DNA of 64,000 nt, taken from positions 96,001 to 160,000 of the forward strand of contig JAYKGY010000104.1 of NCBI GenBank assembly GCA_035285545.1, in the 5' to 3' direction. Position numbers and translations under genes: made by a program. How positions within the stretch are numbered: the first letter of the stretch is position 1; the number at the start of each line of letters is the position of its first letter. Positions 1 through 8,824 of this stretch are shown here, piece after piece. The stretch is from Snowella sp. (GTDB taxonomy: Bacteria; Cyanobacteriota; Cyanobacteriia; Cyanobacteriales; Microcystaceae). Below the pieces are notes generated by a model. It was not told the origin of the DNA. It saw nothing but the letters and a program-made list of their open reading frames with translations, and searched no databases.

Positions 1-414
1 AAGTAAGTCAATTTTATTATTTATAAAATCCCCCTGACTATTGACTACCTGCTTAGCAGGAGGGGTAGAGGGGATAAATCGCAACAGCAATTAAACTGTA
101 AAAAGCCTTAAAACTTAGCTATAATTCTACTCAAGTGATCGCTCATTCATTAGCAGACTAACGAGTTTTTTCTAGTTGTATTTATACCTAATGAATGAAT
201 TTTTAAATGATTTTTAGTGAAACCAATCCTGAATTAATTTTAATCAAGCTGAAGCAAAAAGAACCGTTTTCATTAATTAAGAGAAATTTATAAATTCTTC
301 CGATAGACTGATGAAAATCTGTCTTAAAAATGAGCTAATAAAAGATGAATCAGTTAATCTGGTGACTGCATTTTGAGGCAGTTTAATATAAATTTTCGAT
401 AACAGGAGGGAAAA

Positions 415-1995
415 ATGGTATTTACTCACTCCAGAAAAGCAATCGGGATCTTTTCAGATTATGACAGTGCGGAAGTTGCACTAAAAGATCTCGAAAATTC
501 TGGCTTTCCAATGAATAAGATTTCTGTGATTGGGCGAGATGTTAATAATTACCGATGGCATGCTGATTTTAAAGTCCGCGATCGCTTAGATGAGATCCGG
601 TCTTCTTTCGCCCCTGATCAAGTGAATTTTTATGATGATCGGTTATCCCGCGGCCATTACTTAGTAGAAGTAGAAGGATCAGAAGAAGATATTGATCGAG
701 CCGAACGAGTCCTGAGTCATCGAGGGATTCAAAATTGGACAACGGCGGATCAATCAGGTCGATACTCGTCCCATCCATCGGTTCATTCTACGTCAGGCTC
801 CTATGCTCCTCTGAGGAACAGGGGAACCCTACGACGAGCAGTGGGCGTATTTTCTCACCGTCGTGATGTGGAGTCTGCATTGCATGAAGTGCAAGATTCC
901 GGTTTCCCCATGCAAAGAGTCTCGGTGATTAAACAGGATAACGATGGACGCAATGATCGATTGGGCACCGTAGGGCAGGATCGCGACGAAGGCAATAAAG
1001 CCGATGAGGGTGCCGCAGCAGGGGCAGTTTCAGGCGGAATTCTAGGGGGCTTAACCGGCCTATTAGTGGGTCTAGGGACGCTTGCCATTCCGGGGGTTGG
1101 GCCCATCATGCTCGCAGGTGCAACCGCCACAACCATTGCCACCACTCTGGGAGGCGCAACCGTTGGTGCAGTCGCAGGAGGATTAATTGGAGCCTTAATT
1201 GGTTTGGGAATTCCTGAAGAACGAGCCAGGGTGTATAACGAGCGAGTTGCGAGAGGGGATTATCTCGTGATCGTTGAAGGAACCGACGCAGAATTGCAGC
1301 GAGTGGAATCTATTTTCCGCGATCGCCATGTCGAAGAGTATGAGGTGTATGACATTCCTGAATCAAAAACCCATCAAACAGCCCCTACTACGCAGGTCAT
1401 TGATACATCCCCCACAGAACCCATTCACCCGACCCCGATAGCAACCCAGCCCAGCACGACCCATACGGTTACACCGACAACTACGGCAACCTCTCCAAGG
1501 CCAAGGGCAACAACATCGGGAAATGTTCGTTCTGGGGTTGGTCTTTTTTCGCGGCTCCATGATGCAGAGTTAGCGATCGCCGATTTACGCAATGCCGATT
1601 TTCCCTTAAGCCAGGTGACCTTAGTGGGTCAATACTTTGAACGACGTGAACCCTTCGCCGGTGTAATTCTCCGCGATCGCTTTGATGAACTTCATTTAAG
1701 CCTCCCGGAAGACCGCACCCGATTCTATAGCGACCGAGTTCAGCAAGGAAACTATGCGGTCATTATCAATGGTACCGAAGCGGAAATCCGCCGGGCTGAA
1801 TCGCTGATTCACCATCGAGGCATCCAAGATTGGGCTATCTATGATTTCCAGCCAATGGAAATGGCCCAAAACTCCCCCAGCAGTTTTAATCCAACCCGCC
1901 ATGATGAATCGCGAGGAAATGTCAACGCCCATCCCGATGTGATTATTGTGGATCGCCGAGATCAAAGCTCTGATTTTGACAAACGAAATCATTAA
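415..1995 (+). CDS. General stress protein with three YflT/17M-like domains and a central glycine-zipper membrane hairpin
   Basis: Three repeats of (A/G)(I/V)G(I/V/L)FS...xFP...(I/V)(S/T)(V/L)(I/V); Gly/Ala-rich GAAAGAVSGG...GALIGLGIPEE segment; AGGAGG RBS before ATG. Confidence 0.7.
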   Translation: MVFTHSRKAIGIFSDYDSAEVALKDLENSGFPMNKISVIGRDVNNYRWHADFKVRDRLDEIRSSFAPDQVNFYDDRLSRGHYLVEVEGSEEDIDRAERVLSHRGIQNWTTADQSGRYSSHPSVHSTSGSYAPLRNRGTLRRAVGVFSHRRDVESALHEVQDSGFPMQRVSVIKQDNDGRNDRLGTVGQDRDEGNKADEGAAAGAVSGGILGGLTGLLVGLGTLAIPGVGPIMLAGATATTIATTLGGATVGAVAGGLIGALIGLGIPEERARVYNERVARGDYLVIVEGTDAELQRVESIFRDRHVEEYEVYDIPESKTHQTAPTTQVIDTSPTEPIHPTPIATQPSTTHTVTPTTTATSPRPRATTSGNVRSGVGLFSRLHDAELAIADLRNADFPLSQVTLVGQYFERREPFAGVILRDRFDELHLSLPEDRTRFYSDRVQQGNYAVIINGTEAEIRRAESLIHHRGIQDWAIYDFQPMEMAQNSPSSFNPTRHDESRGNVNAHPDVIIVDRRDQSSDFDKRNH

Positions 1996-2020
1996 AAAAC
2001 CGCCGAGGAGGAATTCAATC

Positions 2021-2494
2021 ATGAAAAAGCCATTATCAGCAGTTTTCGTCAGTGGCTTGTTATTGCTAGGGGTTGTCGCTTGTGGGACGGACACGGCTCG
2101 AACCAGTGGTGAAGCCCCGAATATCCCAACGGGCGGAAATGTAGAACGTCCTGAACAAGAAACCGTTCGCAACGATCTTCAAGATGCAACGAGTGATGTC
2201 CGTAGAAATCAACTGGATGCGGATATTCGTGCCAGGGAAGAACGGAATAATATTGCAACCGGAGGCGACCTCAACCGGACAGCCAGCGCGATCGCCAGTG
2301 AAGTCCGCTCAAAATTAGAAGCCAATATTCCGAATGGCCAACTCACTGTTGAAGCCACAGATGATGGAGCCGTAACGGTTGCCGGAACCGTTCCCTACTC
2401 CGACCAATTGCCAAAAATTGATCGACTTGCCCGCGAAATCAAAGGCGTAAGAAGCGTTAATGTGGAAGCGATCGTGGCTCCTCCGCAAGGTTAG
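2021..2494 (+). CDS. BON-domain lipoprotein
   Basis: ATG 2021 after AGGAG; signal peptide with lipobox VVAC; C-terminal BON motif VTVAGTV...IKGVRSV. Confidence 0.8.
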   Translation: MKKPLSAVFVSGLLLLGVVACGTDTARTSGEAPNIPTGGNVERPEQETVRNDLQDATSDVRRNQLDADIRAREERNNIATGGDLNRTASAIASEVRSKLEANIPNGQLTVEATDDGAVTVAGTVPYSDQLPKIDRLAREIKGVRSVNVEAIVAPPQG

Positions 2495-2527
2495 ATAAAT
2501 ACGATTTCCCAATCATTCCGAATCACG

Positions 2528-2564
2528 AATCCTATCTCAACAACGAGATGGGATTTATTTTTTT
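2528..2564 (+). terminator. Rho-independent terminator
   Basis: Stem AATCCTATCTC-aacaac-GAGATGGGATT followed by a T-run, downstream of the BON gene. Confidence 0.7.
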
Positions 2565-2974
2565 ATTGTGTTCATCCCCAGAGATTTAAGGTGATTCAAG
2601 CCACAGGAACCGGAATCAAAAACAAGATTGATACAGATAATGGAACAATTTTCAGGCGATTCCTTCTTTAGAGTTGGGGACTAGGGGATTTCTGCCGTCA
2701 TCCAGCGTAAGAAAAAGTCTATTTCCGGCAAAATCATCTCTAAATTCCCACAAAAAATATCTATTTGACGCTTTTTGAGCAATTTATTTAGCAAAAATTA
2801 CAACTAGTACAAACAGTTAAACTCATCTCTGGTTAAGCTTTAGCGCGATCGCTGTCTTGTCTCCTTCCAAAATCAACCCGCACCCCCAATTTTGCCATTT
2901 CCATATTTAGTGTCTTACCCCTACAATTAAAGCTCCACACACACTAGATATAGGGCTTGCCCTCCTTTACACAG

Positions 2975-5900
2975 ATGAATTACTTACAGGAATGGCAACA
3001 AAGTTGTGTTGATGAGCAACTGATTCGCCTTAATGTAACGTCTCTGACGGGAGCTTCTCCCTCCGAATACCTCCTCTACGCTGAAGATTTACCCCGACGG
3101 AATGATGGCCGAGTGAGCAATGCCATTCTGCAACGCTACAATCACATTGAAGCCGGCGGCTGGTGGTGTTCGGGTGTGGATTTGTTAACCGGAGAAGCGG
3201 ATCTGTGGGGCTGCTTTAAACCCGATGTGCCTCGAATTCATCCCGAAAAAGGCAAACTTATCAAATACGAGCATCCCCCCCAAGCCCCGACGGGCTTATT
3301 TGCGCTACGGGTTCCTCTCCATCTCTGGGAACGTATTGCTGAGCGTGCCCATATCCCTATTCTACCCGCTAGTATTGATCCCGAACAGCCGGACTTTGGA
3401 TTTTGGCAATGGTTGATGAAACACCCCGAAGTTCCCCTCTGTATCACCGAAGGAGCCAAAAAAGCGGGGGCCCTCCTCTCTGCTGGCTATGCCGCGATCG
3501 CCTTACCTGGTGTACACAACGGTTATCGAACACCGAAAGACGAAACCGGAAAACGTATTGGCAACTCCTATTTAATTCCTCCCTTAAAAAAATTAGCCAA
3601 TCCCAAACGGGAAATTTATATTGCCTTTGATCAAGACAGTAAACCCACCACGATTAAAGCCGTTAACAGTGCCATTAAACGTCTGGGATACCTGTTTCAA
3701 AAAGCCAACTGTGCCGTCAAGATCATCACTTGGGACAATCAACTCGGAAAAGGTGTAGACGACCTCATCGCCCAACAGGGAGAAGAAACCTTTACCCAAG
3801 CCTATGAAACAGCCCTCCCCTTTGAGATTTGGAAAGCGCGGGAACTCAATCAGTTAACCTATTCCCCCAATTTAGTGGTTAATGCCCGTTATCTGCCCCA
3901 ACTCGCCATTAACCCAGAAGCCCAACTCATCGGCATCAAATCCCCCAAAGGAACCGGCAAAACCGAGTATTTAAAAAGTCTCGTTAGCCAAGCCCTAGCC
4001 CAACATCAACCCGTTATCGTTATTGGCCATCGGGTGAGATTGGTCGAAGAGCTGTGTCAGCGTTTTGGTCTACCCCATATTCGTGAAATTCGGGACAATC
4101 CCTTGGGGCAAGTGCTGGGATACGGTCTTTGTATTGACTCCCTCCATCCCCAATCCCAGTGCCAATTTAATCCCGAACAATGGGCAGATAGTCTGGTTAT
4201 TATTGATGAAGTCGAACAGGTTTTATGGCATGCCCTCAATTCTGATACCTGTCGCCACCAACGGGTTGCGATCCTCAAAACCTTAAAATCCCTGTTACAA
4301 ACGGTTCTCAGTAGTCATGGGCGGGTTGTGGTTTCTGATGCTGACTTAAGTGATGTTTCTTTGGACTATTTAATCGCCCTTGCAGGCATTCCCCTCGATC
4401 CTTTTGTCGTTCACAATCACTGGAAAGCGCAAGATAAGGATGCTTGGACGGTTTATCACTATCCGGAAAATGATCCGAAACGGTTAGTCAAACACCTGGT
4501 GCAGCATATCCGTGAGGGGGGTAAGCCCTTTGTCTGTTTGTCGGCTCAAAAGTTAACCAGTTCCTGGGGGACTTTAAATTTAGAATCCTACCTCAATAAA
4601 CAATTTCCCCAGGCTAAGATCCTACGGATTGATGCGGAATCCTTAACCGATTCTAGCCATCCGGCCTACGGGTGTATGGGTAATTTAAATGAAGTTTTAG
4701 CGAAATACGATGTGGTTTTAGCTAGCCCTTCTATTGAAACGGGGGTCAGTATTGATTTAAAGGGTCATTTCACTTCCGTTTGGTGTATTGCTCAGGGAGT
4801 ACAAACGGCGACTTCGGTTTGCCAGGCCTTGGGTCGAGTTCGGGAGAATGTGCCCCGCTATCTTTGGGCAGCCGGTTATGGGTTTAATAAAGTTGGTAAT
4901 GGTTCCACTTCTATTCCGGCTCTGTTAACGTCGGGTCATCGTTTAACGGAGTTAAATATTCGCCTGTTACACCAATCGGATTTGGAGAATTTAGATGATT
5001 TAGATATTGGATTTCAGGGGGAATCGTTGTTTTGTTGGGCAAAAATGGCAGTACGGGTCAATGTTTCTATGGTGCATTACCGTGATTCTGTCCTGGCCCA
5101 CCTCCAACAGGAAAATCATCGGTTAGAACTACGGTTGCCCAACGCCTCTCTCAAAACCGTTGAGGAAAACCAAAATTCCTCCCCAGAGAGTTCTAGTTCT
5201 TCCCATCAACTTTCTGATGCGATTAAGGAAGTCCAAGCACAAAATTATCAGGCTGAGTGTCAGGCGATCGCGCTTTCTCCCCTCCTGAGTGATCAACACT
5301 ATCAGAGCTTAAAAAAACGGTTAGTTAAAAATAGCGAAGAACGACGGGCTATCCGTAAGTATGAACTGCAACAACGGTATGGTATTCCCATTACGCCTGA
5401 GTTAATTCATTTAGATGATCAAGGGTGGTATCAAAAATTAAGGTTGCATTACTTCCTCACTATCGGTCGTCCCTACCTGGCTGATCGCGATACCCAATTG
5501 GCCAAAAAGCTGATCGAACAGGGTCACGGGAGCCTCTTTTTACCAGATTTTAATGGTTCCCAGTTAGGCGCGATTATTGGCACGATGGATATTTTGGGAA
5601 TTCCAGTTTTGTTGGCGAATCCGCATCGGGAGTTGTGTCCCCTCGATAGTGATCTGGTGGCTTTGGCGAAAATTGCTATTCAAAATCGGGCTGATATTAA
5701 AACGGTGGTGGGGATTGGGATTGCCCAGAATGCGAGTCCCATCACGATTATTCGTCGTTTCTTGGATGAAATTGGTTTTGGTTTAAACCCACTAAAATCC
5801 AAACGAGTGAATAAAAAATCCGTCAGGGTTTATCAAATGGTATGCCCCCAAGATCAACGAGAAGCTGTTTTTGAGCAATGGTTAATCCGCGATCGCGCTT

Positions 5901-6016
5901 TACCGGGCAGTTCGGAGGGGTGGTTTGATGAATATTGGCTCAAACTGAGGCTATCGGAGCAAAAACACCGCTCTAAAACCGCTCCCTATGTGCAATTGAG
6001 CTTAGATTTAAGCTAG
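2975..6016 (+). CDS. CyRepA1-family replication protein (DUF3854/TOPRIM primase-like domain plus origin-binding helicase domain)
   Basis: KYEHP, ITEGAKKA, AFDQD and KGVDD primase-type motifs; Walker A SPKGTGKT; Walker B IIDEVEQ; SPSIETGVSID. Confidence 0.85.
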   Translation: MNYLQEWQQSCVDEQLIRLNVTSLTGASPSEYLLYAEDLPRRNDGRVSNAILQRYNHIEAGGWWCSGVDLLTGEADLWGCFKPDVPRIHPEKGKLIKYEHPPQAPTGLFALRVPLHLWERIAERAHIPILPASIDPEQPDFGFWQWLMKHPEVPLCITEGAKKAGALLSAGYAAIALPGVHNGYRTPKDETGKRIGNSYLIPPLKKLANPKREIYIAFDQDSKPTTIKAVNSAIKRLGYLFQKANCAVKIITWDNQLGKGVDDLIAQQGEETFTQAYETALPFEIWKARELNQLTYSPNLVVNARYLPQLAINPEAQLIGIKSPKGTGKTEYLKSLVSQALAQHQPVIVIGHRVRLVEELCQRFGLPHIREIRDNPLGQVLGYGLCIDSLHPQSQCQFNPEQWADSLVIIDEVEQVLWHALNSDTCRHQRVAILKTLKSLLQTVLSSHGRVVVSDADLSDVSLDYLIALAGIPLDPFVVHNHWKAQDKDAWTVYHYPENDPKRLVKHLVQHIREGGKPFVCLSAQKLTSSWGTLNLESYLNKQFPQAKILRIDAESLTDSSHPAYGCMGNLNEVLAKYDVVLASPSIETGVSIDLKGHFTSVWCIAQGVQTATSVCQALGRVRENVPRYLWAAGYGFNKVGNGSTSIPALLTSGHRLTELNIRLLHQSDLENLDDLDIGFQGESLFCWAKMAVRVNVSMVHYRDSVLAHLQQENHRLELRLPNASLKTVEENQNSSPESSSSSHQLSDAIKEVQAQNYQAECQAIALSPLLSDQHYQSLKKRLVKNSEERRAIRKYELQQRYGIPITPELIHLDDQGWYQKLRLHYFLTIGRPYLADRDTQLAKKLIEQGHGSLFLPDFNGSQLGAIIGTMDILGIPVLLANPHRELCPLDSDLVALAKIAIQNRADIKTVVGIGIAQNASPITIIRRFLDEIGFGLNPLKSKRVNKKSVRVYQMVCPQDQREAVFEQWLIRDRALPGSSEGWFDEYWLKLRLSEQKHRSKTAPYVQLSLDLS

Positions 6017-6021
6017 GGGAA

Positions 6022-7467
6022 TTAGGGCTTCTTGGTTTCTGAAAGCACACTGAATCGAACCGCGCTATTGTTTTGCAATGGCTTGCTGCTCCGAACCACT
6101 AAACGTTCATTGGGAGATAAACCGGAGAGAATTTCCAGTTTGCCATTTGCTTTTTGACCGATTTCTACGGCTCGTTGAGTTGCGGTTAAGGTTTTGCCCT
6201 CTCCTTGAACCACAAATACGGAACCATCTTCCTGGAGAGCGGATTCAGGAATAATAATGGTGTTACCCTGGGCTGGAGAAAAACTGACCCTAGCAAATAA
6301 ACCGCTGCCAATTTTGCCGTCTGGATTATGGAGGGTCACTTCGATGGGAATCAATCGGGTAGCGGGATCGGCAGAAGGAGAAATACGGGAAACCGTTCCG
6401 GTAAAGCGTTGTTTCGGGAAGGCATCGAGGGTAATATCGGCACTTTGCCCCAGTTGAATGGTGTTGAGTTCCCGTTCCGATACGTCCACATTGATTTTGA
6501 CCCGACTGAAATCCCCCAATCGTAAAATTTCGGTTCCGGGTTGCACGAGGTTGCCCGGTTCTGTGGCACGTTTTAAGACTTTTCCGGCTAAGGGCGATCG
6601 CAAGGTGGCATAGGACTGTCGCGTTTGGGCCTGATTCACTAAGGCTTTTTGGGCCTTGACCTGGGAAGTTGCCGCCGTGACTTTTTGTTGTTCTATGGCA
6701 ACTTGGGCCTCGGCCGAGCGCAGAATTTTAGCCGCCGTTTGGGCCGCGGTTTTGGCCTGGCTAATTTGTTGCGCGGCATTAGCCATTTCAGCTTGTAAGA
6801 CCTGTTTTGCCTGTTTTGCCTTCGTTTGGGACTGTTCAGCCGTTTGAGCCGCAGTCACCCCTTCTTGCGCTAATTTACTAAACCGTTCCGCGTCAATTTG
6901 GGTTTGAGTCACTTCCAATCGCGCTTGTTCAATACGGGCCTGGAGAGAGGTTTGTAAGCGAGCAATATCGGCCTGGGCTTGTTGCAGTTGGAGGCGGGCT
7001 TGTTCAACCTTAATTTGGGCATCTCCTGCCTGACTCCTGGCCGTAGCCACCTGGGATCGCTGAGCCGCTTTTTGTGCCTGAGCCTGAGCCACTGATCCCA
7101 AGAGTAAATCATCATTAAGACGGGCCAAAATCTGTCCCGATTCCACGCGATCGCCCACATCAACGGTTAATGTTTGCAATTGCCCTTCCACTTGAGACCG
7201 TAGGGAAACTTCGCGGATGGGGGCCGTTGTGCCAGTATATTCGGTTGCTTGACGGAGTTGACCTGTTTTCGTCAACATGACATCTACCGCGCTCGGCCTA
7301 TCAGTCGCATTTTCTTGCCCTGAAGATGGCTGGGCTTCGACTTTGGGTTGCTCCCACTGGCCACAACCACTGAGACTCGTTCCCAACCACACTAACCCAC
7401 ACAATACGCCTAACGAACTACGGACGCGATATTTAGCCACACCAAACAAGGGATGATTTACTAACAT
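6022..7467 (-). CDS. RND efflux periplasmic adaptor (membrane fusion protein)
   Basis: Lipobox LSGC, lipoyl halves (VDVGDRV; LRSPLAGKV), long coiled coil, GTVSRISPSADPATR. Confidence 0.92.
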   Translation of the reverse strand: MLVNHPLFGVAKYRVRSSLGVLCGLVWLGTSLSGCGQWEQPKVEAQPSSGQENATDRPSAVDVMLTKTGQLRQATEYTGTTAPIREVSLRSQVEGQLQTLTVDVGDRVESGQILARLNDDLLLGSVAQAQAQKAAQRSQVATARSQAGDAQIKVEQARLQLQQAQADIARLQTSLQARIEQARLEVTQTQIDAERFSKLAQEGVTAAQTAEQSQTKAKQAKQVLQAEMANAAQQISQAKTAAQTAAKILRSAEAQVAIEQQKVTAATSQVKAQKALVNQAQTRQSYATLRSPLAGKVLKRATEPGNLVQPGTEILRLGDFSRVKINVDVSERELNTIQLGQSADITLDAFPKQRFTGTVSRISPSADPATRLIPIEVTLHNPDGKIGSGLFARVSFSPAQGNTIIIPESALQEDGSVFVVQGEGKTLTATQRAVEIGQKANGKLEILSGLSPNERLVVRSSKPLQNNSAVRFSVLSETKKP

Positions 7468-7480
7468 ACATAAATCTTAA

Positions 7481-8787
7481 CGAAATATGTCGCGGGAAAT
7501 CCTCGTTCTTCAGGACGGGGATGCGCCTTGCGGCTTAGCTTCCACTTATGATATAACTTTATCACGAAGTCAATTAATGATAATGCTTAGAGCTACCAAG
7601 TATAGAATTTATCCGACAGCAGAGCAAGAGTTACACTTTAGGCGTAGCTTTGGGTGTTGTCGGTATGCCTATAACTATGCTCTGAATCTAGTCAGTAAGA
7701 CTTATAAAGAAACGGGAAAAGGGTTGAATCGGTTTGCTATCCAAAAAGCAATAACCGAACTCAAGAAAGAACTTGAATGGATGTCTGAGCCATATTCTCA
7801 ATGCCTACAGGTTGTGGCGTTGAATTTGTCTAAGGCATTTATAAACTTCTTTGAGCGTAGATCGGGTTATCCGTCTTTTAAGTCTAAACACGGTAGGCAA
7901 TCGATTAGTTATCCTCAGAATGTAAAGGTGTATGAGAATAGTATTAGGTTTCCAAAAATAGGAAAGGTTGATGCTGTTATTCATAGACCAGTTGAAGGGG
8001 CTGTTAAAACTGTCACTGTTTCAATGAATGCCAAGGGTCAATTTTTTGCCTCTGTCTTGGTTGATGACGGAAAAGATGTGCCTAATCAATCTGTTGACGG
8101 CAAGGCTATTGGAATTGATTTAGGTTTAACTCATTTTGCTATTACCAGTGATGGATCTAAATTTGATAACCCTAGATGGTTAAACAAGCATGAACGCAAC
8201 CTAAAACGTAAGCAAAAACGGTTATCTCGTCGTGTCAAAGGTTCTAACAATAGAAACAAAACACGAAAGCAAGTTGCTTCGGTTCACAATAAAATTTCTC
8301 GTTGTAGAGAAGATTTTCACCATAAACTATCACGCAGGGTAGTAGACGAAAACCAAGTCATTGTGGTGGAAAATCTCAATGTTAAGGGTATGATGCAAAA
8401 CCATTGTCTTGCCAAAGCAATTGCTCAGGTGGGATGGGGTCGATTTTGTACCATGCTCAAATATAAGGCAGAAGAAGAAGGAAAAGTTTATATCGAAGTT
8501 GATAGATTTTTTCCTTCCTCTAAAACCTGTAATGTATGCCTAAATCAAGTAAAAAGCCTGACCCTTGATGTTAGGTTTTGGCAATGCGACAGATGCGGCA
8601 CAAGGCATGACCGTGACGTAAATGCCGCTTGCAATATTCGAGATGAAGGACTGCGTATTTTGACCTCTGGAACGGGGGATTCCGCTTATCGTCTAACTGT
8701 AAGTCGTGGTGGTAAAGGGCGCAAGCCTTCTACTATTCCGCAGGTTATTGGGTAAGAAGCTCCGTCCTTTAGGACGGTGTAGTTCAC
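7481..8787 (+). mobile_element. IS200/IS605-family element, tnpB only (IS1341-type)
   Basis: Subterminal hairpins at 7499-7522 and 8762-8777 with related sequence; right end ...GTAGTTCAC; TTAA target immediately to the left; no HIP1 sites seen inside; no tnpA. Confidence 0.85.
7577..8755 (+). CDS. tnpB: RNA-guided endonuclease TnpB
   Basis: KYRIYPT N-terminus; RuvC motifs GIDLG / VVENL / DRDVNAA intact; zinc finger CNVC...CDRC; start at 7577 or 7583. Confidence 0.95.
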   Translation: MIMLRATKYRIYPTAEQELHFRRSFGCCRYAYNYALNLVSKTYKETGKGLNRFAIQKAITELKKELEWMSEPYSQCLQVVALNLSKAFINFFERRSGYPSFKSKHGRQSISYPQNVKVYENSIRFPKIGKVDAVIHRPVEGAVKTVTVSMNAKGQFFASVLVDDGKDVPNQSVDGKAIGIDLGLTHFAITSDGSKFDNPRWLNKHERNLKRKQKRLSRRVKGSNNRNKTRKQVASVHNKISRCREDFHHKLSRRVVDENQVIVVENLNVKGMMQNHCLAKAIAQVGWGRFCTMLKYKAEEEGKVYIEVDRFFPSSKTCNVCLNQVKSLTLDVRFWQCDRCGTRHDRDVNAACNIRDEGLRILTSGTGDSAYRLTVSRGGKGRKPSTIPQVIG

Positions 8788-8807
8788 CAAACAGATTCGG
8801 CCATTAG
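8640..8807 (+). ncRNA. Putative TnpB omegaRNA (reRNA) with flanking guide; 5' boundary approximate
   Basis: Expected position overlapping the tnpB 3' end and right-end hairpin; guide would be the flank from 8788. Confidence 0.55.
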
Positions 8808-8824
8808 TAAACAGGAGCAACCAA

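Noticed and set aside
7487..7576. N-terminal extension of the TnpB ORF in the ORF track
   Set aside because: It runs through the left-end hairpin; family similarity begins at the Met at 7577/7583
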